DNA of 64,000 nt, from the NCBI GenBank assembly GCA_963793305.1, contig CAWBZV010000005.1:1344001-1408000 (forward strand), given 5' to 3'. The DNA is from an uncultured Gemmatimonadales bacterium. Its GTDB lineage: Bacteria > Gemmatimonadota > Gemmatimonadetes > Gemmatimonadales > Gemmatimonadaceae. Position numbers and translations under genes: made by a program. This document shows positions 50,578 to 60,842 of the stretch, piece after piece (positions within the stretch are counted from its first letter, which is position 1; the number at the start of each line of letters is the position of its first letter). A model generated the notes under the pieces. The model searched no databases. It saw only the letters and a program-made list of their open reading frames with translations, and was not told where the DNA came from.

Positions 50578-51827
50578 TGGACCGCAAAGGCGCAATTCCC
50601 GACTATCCGACGGTCCTGCTGGCGCTGCTCCTGTCGGTCTACGGGATTCTGATGGTGTACTCCGCCGGCCAGACTGACGCGCAGACTGTCGTCTCGAAGC
50701 TCTGGCGGTATCAGACCGTGTGGGTGTGCGTCGGTCTCGTCGCCGCATTCCTCGTCAGCCGCGCCTCGGTCCGGCTGTTGGAGTGGGCGAGTTGGCCGGC
50801 CTATCTCGTAACGCTGGGGATTCTGGTCCTGCTGCCGTTTTTTGGATCGGGCGCTGGCACCGCCGCATCGTCCTCGGCGTGGCTGACGATTGGCGGCCAC
50901 CGCATTGGCCAGCCATCAGAGCTGGCCAAAATCACCGTCGTGCTCATGCTCGCGCGTACCTTGGCCCTGCAGCGTGAAGCACCAAAGACGCTGATCGATC
51001 TCTGGCGCCCGGCCTTGGTCGTCGCCGTCCCTTGGGTCTTTGTGCTCCTCCAGCCGGACCTGGGCTCCAGCATCGTGTTCATCGGGATCTTCTTCGCGAT
51101 GCTCTACTGGTTCGGCGTTCCATGGCAGCTCTTAGTCTTGCTCGCGAGCCCGGGCGTCAGCCTGATTCTCGCATACAGCAAGGGCATGTGGACCGCCTGG
51201 TTCTTGGTCTTAATTGTTCTAATCTGGTCATACAAACCGTACTTATGGGAAGGTGTGTTCACGGTCTGCGCAAACGTCACCATGGGTATTCTGGCGCCGC
51301 TAGCCTGGGACCACCTGAAATACTATCAACAACAGCGTCTGTTAACGTTCCTCGACCCGTCCAGAGACCCTCGGGCCTCAGGCTATCACGTCATCCAATC
51401 GCAGGTGGCGATTGGTTCCGGGGGATGGTTTGGGAAGGGTTTCACGATGGGCACCCAAAAACGCCTCGCGTTCCTCCCAGAACAACACACGGATTTTATT
51501 TTCGCCGTCGTCGGCGAAGAGCTCGGCTTTCTGGGCGTGACGCTCGCATTGAGCTTGTTCCTCGTACTCTTTCTGCGTTGCACCCGGATCGCCTCGCGCG
51601 CCAACGATACGTTCAGCAGTCTGGTGGCGTTTGGCCTCGCGGCCAGCTGGGGCGTACACGTCGCCGAGAACGTCGGGATGACGCTCAACTTGATGCCGAT
51701 TGCCGGCATTCCACTCCCGTTCTTCTCCTATGGCGGGTCGTTCATGCTCTCCAGTTGGGTCGCGATCGGGATCCTCGTTCGTATCTCTGGCGAGGGCCGC
51801 GGACGGGCGGACGGTCTAGCGATTTGA
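50574..51827 (+). CDS. rodA: Rod shape-determining protein RodA (SEDS)
   Basis: QPSELAK, QPDLG, AIGSGG..GKG, PEQHTDFIF, PFFSYGGS. Confidence 0.95.
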   Translation: MMDRKGAIPDYPTVLLALLLSVYGILMVYSAGQTDAQTVVSKLWRYQTVWVCVGLVAAFLVSRASVRLLEWASWPAYLVTLGILVLLPFFGSGAGTAASSSAWLTIGGHRIGQPSELAKITVVLMLARTLALQREAPKTLIDLWRPALVVAVPWVFVLLQPDLGSSIVFIGIFFAMLYWFGVPWQLLVLLASPGVSLILAYSKGMWTAWFLVLIVLIWSYKPYLWEGVFTVCANVTMGILAPLAWDHLKYYQQQRLLTFLDPSRDPRASGYHVIQSQVAIGSGGWFGKGFTMGTQKRLAFLPEQHTDFIFAVVGEELGFLGVTLALSLFLVLFLRCTRIASRANDTFSSLVAFGLAASWGVHVAENVGMTLNLMPIAGIPLPFFSYGGSFMLSSWVAIGILVRISGEGRGRADGLAI

Positions 51828-51851
51828 CCGTAGACGGGCCACATTTGTGAG

Positions 51852-52721
51852 ATGGCCTGGTGGGCGAAGAAAAAGGATCCGCGCAAGCCCCGCGAGCGCG
51901 TCGATCGGCTCGAGATCCCTGCCGATGCCTGGGAGAAATGCGAGGCCTGCGGCCACACGGATCTGCGGGAGAAATTCCTCCGCAACCTGAACGTCTGCCC
52001 GAGTTGCGACTATCACCGCCGCATTCGCGCGCAAGAATACGTCTCGATTTTATTGGATGAGGGGAGCATCGAAGAGGTCGCGGCCGACCTCAGATCGACC
52101 GACCCTCTCGGTTTCCCCGAATACCAGGCCCGTCTCGCCAAAGCGCACGCCAACGCCGGCGACAATGACGCTCTGGTCGCTGTCACGGGTACGCTCGACG
52201 AAGCCCCTATCAACGTCGGCGTGATGGACTTCGCCTTCATGGGCGGCTCCATGGGCTCCGTGGTCGGCGAAAAGATCGTCCGCTTGGGCACGCGCTCGTT
52301 GGAGCGTAAGTACCCGCTCGTGCTCATCTCGGCGTCAGGCGGCGCCCGGATGCAGGAAGGCGTGCTATCGCTTATGCAGATGGCGAAGGCTGCCGCTATC
52401 CTCTCCCAGCTCGCCGAACGCCGCATTCCGTATGTGTCGATTCTGACGAACCCGACGACCGGCGGCGTCAGCGCGTCCTATGCAATGCTGGGTGATGCGA
52501 TTCTGGCCGAACCCGGCGCGGTCATCGGGTTCGCGGGCCCACGGGTCATCAAGCAGACGATCGGCCAGGATCTGCCCGAGGGCTTTCAGACGGCCGAGTT
52601 TCTGCTGGACCATGGGATGCTCGACGATGTCGTCCATCGCCGCGAGTTGAAGCGCACGGTTGGCCAGCTCCTTCGCCATATGAGCGGCAAGCCCGCCGCG
52701 GTGGGGTACTCGGCACCCTGA
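51852..52721 (+). CDS. accD: Acetyl-CoA carboxylase carboxyltransferase beta subunit
   Basis: C4 zinc ribbon, FMGGSMG, SGGARMQEG, PTTGGVSAS, FAGPRVI. Confidence 0.97.
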   Translation: MAWWAKKKDPRKPRERVDRLEIPADAWEKCEACGHTDLREKFLRNLNVCPSCDYHRRIRAQEYVSILLDEGSIEEVAADLRSTDPLGFPEYQARLAKAHANAGDNDALVAVTGTLDEAPINVGVMDFAFMGGSMGSVVGEKIVRLGTRSLERKYPLVLISASGGARMQEGVLSLMQMAKAAAILSQLAERRIPYVSILTNPTTGGVSASYAMLGDAILAEPGAVIGFAGPRVIKQTIGQDLPEGFQTAEFLLDHGMLDDVVHRRELKRTVGQLLRHMSGKPAAVGYSAP

Positions 52722-53968
52722 CCGCGTACCGGGACGCGCTCGACTACCTGTTCGCCCGCACAACCGGCAAATGGAAGCTCGGCCTGGACCGGATGGCGGC
52801 GTTGTTGGACGCGATCGGCCAGCCGCATGCAGGCCTCCGCGCCTTTCACGTGGGCGGTACCAATGGGAAGGGCAGCGTCACCGTCACCCTTGCCGCCCTC
52901 CTGCGCGCTCAGGGTCTCCGCGTCGCCCAGTACACGTCGCCCCACCTCGTTGACTTCCGCGAGCGCTTTCTGATCGACGGGGTGCCGATCACGGAGCGCG
53001 ACGTCACCGACTGGATCGCTCGCCGAACGCCGATCGTCGAACAACTCGGCGCGACGTTCTTCGAGGCCACGACGGCGATGGGCTTCGAGCTCTTCGCCGC
53101 CGCAAACGTCGACGTGGCGGTGATCGAGGTCGGGTTGGGTGGTCGGTTGGATGCCACGAACGTCCTGACCCCACTCGCCGCCGGCGTGGCGTCGATCGGC
53201 ATCGACCACACCGAATACTTGGGCACCACCCGCGAGCAAATCGCGTTCGAAAAAGCGGGGATATTCAAGCCAGGCCGCCCGGCGCTCATTGGCGAGCCGG
53301 ATGCCGAGATCCGCGAGCTGCTCGCGCACCACGCGCGCGCCGCGGGCGCCGTGCCTATTCGCTCGGTCGCCGACAATGCCCCCGTCTCGGACATAATCAT
53401 TGAGGCAACAGGCGGCACCTCGTTCACAATGGGTGGGCGGAGGCTGCACACAGGACTCACGGGAGCACACCAGGCGTCGAACACGGCGCTTGCCGTATTG
53501 ATGTTGGAGGCCGCCGGGTACTCATATAGCGCCGACGTGCTGCCTGGGGTCACGCTGCCGGGTCGTTTCCAACGCGTGGGCCGTTTCATATTCGACGTCG
53601 CCCACAACCCCGACGGCGCGGCGGTCCTGGCCAAGACGCTCCAGGCGATTGCCCCGCGGAAACCGGTCGTGGCCGTCGTCGCGGTACTCGCCGACAAAGA
53701 TTGGCGCGGCATATTGACCGCCCTTTCTGCCTCGGTCGATCACTTCGTCCTGACCAGCGCGCCCACCGCGCCCGAATCACGCGCCTGGCGACCCGAAGAC
53801 GCGGTTACGTTCGCGCGTGAGCACGGATGGTCAGCCGACATCGAGCACGATTTCGCTCGCGCATTGGCCAAAGGCGAGTCAGCCGGCGGTACGGTGCTCG
53901 TCACCGGCTCGTTCCACACCGTGGGCGACGCGATGACGAACTTGCAGGTGTCTCCGCTCGCCGGGTAA
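52718..53968 (+). CDS. folC: Folylpolyglutamate synthase/dihydrofolate synthase (probable CTG start)
   Basis: GTNGKGS, TSPHL, EVGLGGRLDATN, DVAHNP, TGSF; conserved-looking N-terminus Y..ALDYLF..KLGLDRM lies upstream of the first ATG (52793). Confidence 0.93.
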   Translation: MTAYRDALDYLFARTTGKWKLGLDRMAALLDAIGQPHAGLRAFHVGGTNGKGSVTVTLAALLRAQGLRVAQYTSPHLVDFRERFLIDGVPITERDVTDWIARRTPIVEQLGATFFEATTAMGFELFAAANVDVAVIEVGLGGRLDATNVLTPLAAGVASIGIDHTEYLGTTREQIAFEKAGIFKPGRPALIGEPDAEIRELLAHHARAAGAVPIRSVADNAPVSDIIIEATGGTSFTMGGRRLHTGLTGAHQASNTALAVLMLEAAGYSYSADVLPGVTLPGRFQRVGRFIFDVAHNPDGAAVLAKTLQAIAPRKPVVAVVAVLADKDWRGILTALSASVDHFVLTSAPTAPESRAWRPEDAVTFAREHGWSADIEHDFARALAKGESAGGTVLVTGSFHTVGDAMTNLQVSPLAG

Positions 53969-53977
53969 GTTTGCCCG

Positions 53978-55252
53978 ATGTCGACCGGTGCGCTCCCGGG
54001 ATTTCGCGATTTTTACCCGCAGGAGTTTGCTGAACGGGCGTTCATCATGCGAGCCTGGCGCACAGTCGCGCGCCGCTACGCGTTCTCCGAGGTGGATGGT
54101 CCTCCGCTCGAAGCCACGGAACTCTATACGAAGAAGAGCGGCGACGAGATTGTTGGGCAGCTCTACAACTTCAGGGACAAGGGTGATCGCGAGGTGGCCC
54201 TCCGTCCAGAGATGACACCAACAATTGCTCGAATGGTCGCGGCGCGAGCGAACGCGCTGCGGAAGCCGGTGCGCTGGTTCTCGGTGCCGCAGCTGTTCCG
54301 CTACGAGCGCCAGCAGCGCGGCCGCCTGCGCGAGCACTTCCAGCTCAACGTCGACATCATCGGCGAGCCCGACGTCACCGCCGACGCCGAGGTCCTCGCG
54401 GTCGCCATTGACGTCATGCGCGCGCTCGGCCTCACGTCCGACGACGTCAAAGCCCGCGTCTCCGACCGCCGGCTCCTCGGCGCCTATCTGCAGGCGCTCG
54501 GCGTCGCCGATGCCGTGCTGCTGCCCGTGATGACCGAAGTAGTCGACAAGCTTGGCCGCACGAAACCCGATGCGTCTGCCGAACGCCTGATCGCGCTGGG
54601 TGTGCCATCCCGCGCCATCGAGCCCATTGTTGCTCTTCCACACACGACACTCGACGACATCGGCCGCGTGGCGCCCATCGAAGATTTCGAACGGTATTTG
54701 CGCTACGTGCACCGGCTGGTCGGCGATGCCAACTGGATCCACTTCGACGCATCGATCGTTCGGGGCCTGGCCTACTATACAGGTATCGTCTTCGAGCTCT
54801 TCGACGCGAAGGGTGAGCTCCGCGCCATCTGCGGCGGCGGACGCTATGACAACCTGCTGGCGACACTCGGCGGCGTCGATCTTCCGGCCATCGGATTCGG
54901 GATGGGCGATGTGGTCCTCCGCGAGCTCCTTCAATCGCGAGGCCTCTTGCGCGATGTCGTGCCCTCGATCGACTACTGGGTGGCGACGGCCCGCGACGAT
55001 GCCGAGGCGCTGCTCGACGTGATGAACGTCGCCCGGCAACTGCGCGAGAAAGACCAGAGCGTCGAATACGCCCTCCGCGAGCAATCGCTCGGCCGCCAGC
55101 TCAAGGCAGCCAGCGCCGCCGGCGCTCGCTTCGCGGCGATAGTCGAGCCCAATGGCAAAATTGCCAGGAAAGACCTGGCGGGCAACACGCAACTCACGAT
55201 GACGATCGATCAACTGGTGGAACAGGTGGGACACGAACGCAGCAATGGCTGA
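53978..55252 (+). CDS. hisS: Histidine--tRNA ligase
   Basis: LRPEMTP, FRYERQQRGRLREH, RGLAYYTG, GGGRYD. Confidence 0.97.
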   Translation: MSTGALPGFRDFYPQEFAERAFIMRAWRTVARRYAFSEVDGPPLEATELYTKKSGDEIVGQLYNFRDKGDREVALRPEMTPTIARMVAARANALRKPVRWFSVPQLFRYERQQRGRLREHFQLNVDIIGEPDVTADAEVLAVAIDVMRALGLTSDDVKARVSDRRLLGAYLQALGVADAVLLPVMTEVVDKLGRTKPDASAERLIALGVPSRAIEPIVALPHTTLDDIGRVAPIEDFERYLRYVHRLVGDANWIHFDASIVRGLAYYTGIVFELFDAKGELRAICGGGRYDNLLATLGGVDLPAIGFGMGDVVLRELLQSRGLLRDVVPSIDYWVATARDDAEALLDVMNVARQLREKDQSVEYALREQSLGRQLKAASAAGARFAAIVEPNGKIARKDLAGNTQLTMTIDQLVEQVGHERSNG

Positions 55253-56690
55253 CGATCAAAAGCTGACGCCACGCGCAACAGACTTCAGCGCCTGGTACAA
55301 CGAACTCGTACTCCGCGCCGAGCTCGCGGATTACTCGCCCGTGCGCGGATGCATGGTCATTCGCCCCAACGGCTACGGGATCTGGGAGCTCACCCAGCGC
55401 GCGATGGACGACATGTTCAGAGCGACGGGAGTCCGAAACGCCTACTTCCCGCTCTTCATCCCCGAAAGCTTCCTGCACAAGGAGAAGGAGCACGTCGAGG
55501 GATTCGCGCCGGAGGTGGCGGTCGTCACGATCGGCGGCGGAAAGGTGCTGGACGAGCCACTCGTCGTGCGCCCGACGTCGGAAACGATCATCTATGGGAT
55601 GTTCGCGAAGTGGGTGCAGAGCTATCGCGATCTGCCCGTGCTCATCAACCAATGGGCCAACGTCGTGCGGTGGGAGCTGCGCACCCGACTCTTCCTCCGG
55701 ACGTTGGAGTTCCTCTGGCAGGAGGGCCACACGGCCCACGCGACGCACGACGAGGCCGAGGCGCGCACCCGGCTCCAGCTGGATATCTATCGCCGATTCC
55801 AGGAAGACTGGATGGCGATGCCCGTCGTGACCGGCCAGAAGTCGGAGTCGGAGAAGTTCGCCGGTGCCCTGCGCACGTACGCGCTCGAAGCGATGATGCA
55901 GGACAACAAGGCGCTCCAGGCCGCGACGTCTCACAACCTCGGCCAGAACTTCGCCAAAGCGTTCGATCTCAAGTTCCAAACTGAGACCGGTGGGACTGAC
56001 TACGCCTGGAACACGAGTTGGGGCGCGTCGACCCGCATGATCGGCGGTCTCATCATGACCCATGGCGACGACAACGGGTTGCGCACACCTCCAAAGGTCG
56101 CGCCGACCCAGGTCGTTATCGTGCCGATCTACAAAGCCGACGCCGAACGCGCGAGAGTACTCGAAGCCGCGGATAAAATCGCAGCGTCGTTGCCTGGCAC
56201 TCGGGTCGAAATCGATCGCCGTGACGGGATGACGCCGGGTGCCAAGTATTTCTATTGGGAATTGCGTGGCATTCCACTGCGTCTCGAGCTCGGGCCACGC
56301 GATCTCGACAAAGACCAGTGCGTGCTCGTCCGCCGCGACACGCGCGCGAAGCGTCCAGTGCCGCTTGCTCAACTCTCGGCCGCGGTCCCAACGCTACTCG
56401 GCGAGATCCAGGCCGACATGTTCCGCGTCGCGCGTGATCGCCGCGAGGCGAACAGCATTCGCGGACCGATCTCGTACGACAAGTTCCGCGAGATCATGGA
56501 TGGCGAGGGCGCGTTTGTCTACGCGGGTTGGTGCGGCGACGCGGCCTGCGAGGCGCAGATCAAGGAAGACACGAAAGCGACCATCCGCGTCCTCCCGGAC
56601 CCGGAGTTTCGCTCCCCACAGGCGCCGACGACCTGCCTTCGCTGCGGCCGGCCGTCGACCGCCGAGGCACTATGGGCGAAAGCGTATTGA
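55245..56690 (+). CDS. proS: Proline--tRNA ligase (archaeal/eukaryote-type, no insertion editing domain)
   Basis: EHVEGFAPE, RPTSET, QWANVVRWE, FLWQEGHT, C-terminal AKAY. Confidence 0.97.
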   Translation: MADDQKLTPRATDFSAWYNELVLRAELADYSPVRGCMVIRPNGYGIWELTQRAMDDMFRATGVRNAYFPLFIPESFLHKEKEHVEGFAPEVAVVTIGGGKVLDEPLVVRPTSETIIYGMFAKWVQSYRDLPVLINQWANVVRWELRTRLFLRTLEFLWQEGHTAHATHDEAEARTRLQLDIYRRFQEDWMAMPVVTGQKSESEKFAGALRTYALEAMMQDNKALQAATSHNLGQNFAKAFDLKFQTETGGTDYAWNTSWGASTRMIGGLIMTHGDDNGLRTPPKVAPTQVVIVPIYKADAERARVLEAADKIAASLPGTRVEIDRRDGMTPGAKYFYWELRGIPLRLELGPRDLDKDQCVLVRRDTRAKRPVPLAQLSAAVPTLLGEIQADMFRVARDRREANSIRGPISYDKFREIMDGEGAFVYAGWCGDAACEAQIKEDTKATIRVLPDPEFRSPQAPTTCLRCGRPSTAEALWAKAY

Positions 56691-57922
56691 CCGCGGCACT
56701 CGCGCTCGACGGCGTCCCGCTCGATCGGATCGCCGAGGATGTCGGCACGCCGGCCTACGTGTATAGCGCCGACGCGATCCGATCGCAGTACACGGCCATG
56801 GACGGAGCGCTGGCCGCCGTCCCGCACCGACTGCACTACAGCATGAAGGCCAATGGCAACCTGGCCATCTTGCGCCTGCTCCGCGCATTGGGCTCGGGGG
56901 TCGACATCGTCTCCGGCGGGGAGCTCCACCGCGCGCTCCTCGCGGGCTTCTCCGGGGCCGATGTCGTCTTCAGCGGTGTCGGCAAATCGGAGCGGGAGCT
57001 CGAGGAGGCGGTCCTCGCCGGGGTGCTGCTGGTCAATATCGAGTCCCCGCGCGAGCTGGAGATACTAGATAGACTCGGCCGCTCAGCCGGTCGCGCAGTC
57101 CCAGTCGGGATCCGGGTCAACCCGGAAGTCTCCGTCGAGACCCCTCACCCGTACACGCGCACGGGTGAACAAGGCGCGCGCTTCGGGATCCCGTATGACC
57201 AGGTTCTGTCCCTGGTGACCCACACCCGTTCGCTCGGTGGAGTCCGCCTCGTAAGCCTGGGAATGCACATCGGCTCCCAGGTCACGGACAGCGATCCATA
57301 CGCGAGGGGCGCGGACCGCCTCGTCGCGTTGGCCAAGCAAGTCCGCGACGGCCTCCGCTATCTCGACATAGGCGGTGGCCTGGCGGTGTCGTACGGCGAC
57401 GGCCCGTCGGGCGATGTCCGTGCATTCGGCGCCATTGCCACGCGCGCGGCGGCCGAGCTCGGCCTATCGCTGATCGTCGAGCCGGGACGTTTCATTGTCG
57501 CAAATGCGGGCGTCTTGCTGACCCGGGTCATCGACAGAAAGCGCAGCGCCCATAAGACGTACGTCATCACCGATGCCGGGATGACGGAGCTGCTGCGCCC
57601 GTCGCATTATCATGCCTACCATCGCATCGAGTCGGTGACGCCGAAGTCGACGCGCTCGCTCGTCGACATCTGTGGTCCGGTCTGCGAGAGCGGCGATTTT
57701 CTGGCGCTGGACCGCGAGCTCGATGATGTGGGGCCTGGTGATCTGCTCGCCGTGCACTCGGTGGGCGCGTACGGCTTTGTGATGGCGTCGAACTACAACG
57801 CTCGGGTCCGGCCGCCCGAGGTGCTGAGCGATGGCGGCCGCTTCGCGATCATTCGCGAGCGCGAAACGTACGACGATCTGGTGAGGCACGAGGTGGGTCC
57901 TGCCGTGTGGAGGAGCGCCTGA
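56672..57922 (+). CDS. lysA: Diaminopimelate decarboxylase
   Basis: YSMKAN, HIGSQ, DIGGG, EPGR, GPVCESGD, MASNYN; alternative TTG start 56687. Confidence 0.95.
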   Translation: MGESVLTAALALDGVPLDRIAEDVGTPAYVYSADAIRSQYTAMDGALAAVPHRLHYSMKANGNLAILRLLRALGSGVDIVSGGELHRALLAGFSGADVVFSGVGKSERELEEAVLAGVLLVNIESPRELEILDRLGRSAGRAVPVGIRVNPEVSVETPHPYTRTGEQGARFGIPYDQVLSLVTHTRSLGGVRLVSLGMHIGSQVTDSDPYARGADRLVALAKQVRDGLRYLDIGGGLAVSYGDGPSGDVRAFGAIATRAAAELGLSLIVEPGRFIVANAGVLLTRVIDRKRSAHKTYVITDAGMTELLRPSHYHAYHRIESVTPKSTRSLVDICGPVCESGDFLALDRELDDVGPGDLLAVHSVGAYGFVMASNYNARVRPPEVLSDGGRFAIIRERETYDDLVRHEVGPAVWRSA

Positions 57923-58431
57923 TGCGTGTCGGGGTCATGGGGGACACTCACGATCGCGTTCCGGCGATCGCCGAGATACTGAAGCGGATGGCCGAAGGTG
58001 GCGTGGCGCTCGTCCTGCACGTGGGCGACTACTGCTCGCCCTTTGCGCTCGCGCCGTTCCGCGATCTCAACATGGCTTTGGCCGGCGTGTTTGGCCGCAA
58101 CGACGGCGACCGCGAGGGTCTCAAGGCCGCCGCCTCGAGTGGGCTCGGCGCCGAGCTCTACGAGTCTCCGCACTCCGTGGAGCTCGATGGCAAGCGGGTG
58201 CTGCTCGTGCACGACTTGGGCGATGTCGGCGAGAAATCCATCGAGTCCCACGCCGTGGTGGTTCATGGCTGGTCCCATAAGGCCGAGATCAAGTCGGTGG
58301 GTGATACACTCATCGTCAACCCCGGCGAAGCGTGTGGCTGGCTCTTTGGGACGCCCGCGGCCGCAATCCTGGACCTCGACACGAAATCAGTCGAAGTAAT
58401 ACGACTCACAGAAAAAGATTGGCGGTGTTAA
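57922..58431 (+). CDS. YfcE/MJ0936-like metallophosphoesterase
   Basis: GDTHD, HVGD, GRND, HGWSH, NPGE. Confidence 0.88.
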   Translation: MRVGVMGDTHDRVPAIAEILKRMAEGGVALVLHVGDYCSPFALAPFRDLNMALAGVFGRNDGDREGLKAAASSGLGAELYESPHSVELDGKRVLLVHDLGDVGEKSIESHAVVVHGWSHKAEIKSVGDTLIVNPGEACGWLFGTPAAAILDLDTKSVEVIRLTEKDWRC

Positions 58432-58432
58432 T

Positions 58433-59968
58433 GTGACGAGTCGAATACTGATTCTAGACTATGGCTCTCAGTTCACGCAGCTGATCACGCGGCGCGTTCG
58501 CGAAGCGCGTGTGTACTCGGAAATCCACCCTCCGACTCGCACGATCGAGTGGATCAAAGAGTGGCAGCCGACGGGGATTATCCTGAGTGGCGGCCCAAAC
58601 TCGGTCTACGGAGAAAATGTCCCCTCGGCCGACCCCGCACTCCTGGACATCGCGCCAGTGCTCGGGATCTGCTACGGGATGCAGCTCGTCGCGTACCTGG
58701 CGGGCGCTAAGATCATCCCAGGTGTCCGCGAATATGGCCGCGCCGAAATCGAAGTCCTCGAACCCAAGGGTCCGTTCGACGGCTTCGACAAGGGCGAGAA
58801 GATGACGGTGTGGATGAGCCACGGTGATCACGTCGACCAGCCCCCGCCGGGCTTCTGCGTCACCGCTCGCTCCAACAGCGGCATCATCGGCGCCATGCGC
58901 GACACGCATCGTCCGATCTACACGCTGATGTTCCACCCGGAAGTCGCCCACACGCCGCGGGGCGGGGAACTGATATCGAACTTCTTGTTCGATGTCTGTC
59001 ACGCCGACCCGAGTTGGACCTCGGGTGCGTTCATCGACGACCATGTCACGCGAATCGCCGAGCAAGTCGGCAAATCCCGCGTCATCGCGGGCCTCTCGGG
59101 TGGCGTCGACTCCGCGGTCGCCGCGGCGCTCGTCCACCGTGCGATTGGCGACCAGTTGACCTGCATCTTCGTCGACACCGGCCTCCTCCGCCGCCACGAG
59201 CGCGAGCAAGTGGAGCGCACGTTTCGCCAACACTTAAGCATCCCGTTAGTCGTCGTCGACGCCTCGGAGCGCTTTCTCACCGCTCTCGCCGGCGTCGATG
59301 ATCCAGAAGAGAAGCGCCGGATCATCGGCCACACGTTCATCGATGTCTTCGAGGAAGCCACGGCCGGCCGTGACGCCGAGTTCTTGGTGCAGGGCACCTT
59401 ATACCCCGACGTGATAGAGTCCTCGTCCCCGAGGGGTGGCCCATCGGTGACGATCAAGACGCACCACAACGTCGGCGGCCTCAAGCCCGACATGAAGTTC
59501 CGCCTCATCGAACCATTGCGGGAGCTGTTCAAGGACGAGGTCCGCGCCGTCGGCCGCGAGCTGGGCCTCCCAGAAGAGATGGTCGGCCGCCACCCGTTCC
59601 CGGGCCCGGGGCTCGCCATTCGTATCCTAGGCGCCGTCACGCGCGAGGCGCTCGACACGCTGCGCCACGCCGACGCGATCTATCTCGAGGAGATCCGCGA
59701 GGCGGGCTTGTACAACGATATCTGGCAGGCGTTCGCGGTACTGCTGCCGATCCGTAGCGTCGGCGTCATGGGCGACTATCGCACATACGAGCAGGTTATC
59801 GCCCTGCGCGCCGTCACGAGCTCTGATGGGATGACGGCCGACTGGTTCCCATTCCCGCCGGAGGTGCTGGCCCGCATCTCAACGCGGATCATCAACGAGG
59901 TGAAGGGCATCAACCGCGTCGTCTACGACGTCAGCTCCAAGCCGCCCGCCACTATCGAGTGGGAGTGA
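58433..59968 (+). CDS. guaA: GMP synthase (glutamine-hydrolysing)
   Basis: [36 protein letters not shown]. Confidence 0.98.
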   Translation: MTSRILILDYGSQFTQLITRRVREARVYSEIHPPTRTIEWIKEWQPTGIILSGGPNSVYGENVPSADPALLDIAPVLGICYGMQLVAYLAGAKIIPGVREYGRAEIEVLEPKGPFDGFDKGEKMTVWMSHGDHVDQPPPGFCVTARSNSGIIGAMRDTHRPIYTLMFHPEVAHTPRGGELISNFLFDVCHADPSWTSGAFIDDHVTRIAEQVGKSRVIAGLSGGVDSAVAAALVHRAIGDQLTCIFVDTGLLRRHEREQVERTFRQHLSIPLVVVDASERFLTALAGVDDPEEKRRIIGHTFIDVFEEATAGRDAEFLVQGTLYPDVIESSSPRGGPSVTIKTHHNVGGLKPDMKFRLIEPLRELFKDEVRAVGRELGLPEEMVGRHPFPGPGLAIRILGAVTREALDTLRHADAIYLEEIREAGLYNDIWQAFAVLLPIRSVGVMGDYRTYEQVIALRAVTSSDGMTADWFPFPPEVLARISTRIINEVKGINRVVYDVSSKPPATIEWE

Positions 59969-59986
59969 GGGCGTTGGGTGACCCCC

Positions 59987-60277
59987 TCACGCCGTTTGAG
60001 CCCCTTTAGTCTGCCCTGCTAACTGGCGCATCTCCTCGACCTGGGCGGCCGCGCGCGCGGCGTGCACCCGCTCGAGGACGACGGCGGCCTCGTCGGCCGT
60101 CATGCGGGCGTACTCCACCGTGTTCTGGAACGGAGCCTCCACGGTAACGGTGAATATCCGTCCAGAACGCTTCCGGCGGAGCCAGGCCCTTCGATCGCGG
60201 ACCTTCGCGACTACGACGAGCACGGCACCCAACCCACAAAAAACCTGCGCACAGATGACCCCGAGTGGTTCGGTCAT
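59987..60277 (-). CDS. Small hypothetical protein with N-terminal hydrophobic helix (possible EACC1-like)
   Basis: ATGA overlap with upstream gene, GGAGG RBS; AWLRRKRS..TVTVE motif. Confidence 0.6.
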   Translation of the reverse strand: MTEPLGVICAQVFCGLGAVLVVVAKVRDRRAWLRRKRSGRIFTVTVEAPFQNTVEYARMTADEAAVVLERVHAARAAAQVEEMRQLAGQTKGAQTA

Positions 60278-60672
60278 TTCTTGTCCTCCCGATAGGGGCG
60301 ACAGAGAGTGAGGAAAAAGAGAACGCCAACGAACGTCCACAGCTCAATGGTGCTCAACGGGTAAGTAGGTGTGGCTTGGTGAGTCTTAATCAACACGTCC
60401 CAAGCTGATGCCCACAGGATGGCTACAACACAGCCGCCGGTACCGATCGAAGTCAGTACGTCGTGGCGCGCTGCGGTAATGGCGGTCACAATACCGTCAA
60501 CCGCCAACACCGCCGAGATGATGAACAAGTCCCCATTGTCGAGCAGGCTGGCCAGGGTCAGTGCCTGACCGTGAGCCAGCTGCACGATGGCAAGGAGGAG
60601 GATTGGAGCAAGTGACAGCGCGACTCTAAACACGAGCCAGTGGGTGACCTGCGATCGAATATCATTGGGCAT
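60274..60672 (-). CDS. Hypothetical ~4-TM membrane protein
   Basis: 132-aa ORF with four hydrophobic segments; lower-GC segment after guaA. Confidence 0.72.
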   Translation of the reverse strand: MPNDIRSQVTHWLVFRVALSLAPILLLAIVQLAHGQALTLASLLDNGDLFIISAVLAVDGIVTAITAARHDVLTSIGTGGCVVAILWASAWDVLIKTHQATPTYPLSTIELWTFVGVLFFLTLCRPYREDKK

Positions 60673-60709
60673 GCTCTGACGATAAGATCCTGCGTCAGCG
60701 GAGCGTCAT
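60673..60709 (-). promoter_or_regulatory. Putative promoter/operator with TGACGC direct repeats, copy 2
   Basis: Minus strand ATGACGCTCCGCTGACGCAG-GATCT-TATCGT-CAGAGC then ATG. Confidence 0.6.
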
Positions 60710-60842
60710 CCGTATTCGTCTGGATGTTGCCCGAGGTTGCACGCCCGCGCAACGCACGAATTCCAACGGGCACGAATCACACGGGATGTGAGCCCTTGTT
60801 ATTCGATGACGCGCAGGCTGGCCGGCGGCGAGAATATTCGCC

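Noticed and set aside
53141..53152. Third TCGGTTGGA linker match
   Set aside because: Lies in the folC GGRLDATN codons without the flanking hairpins
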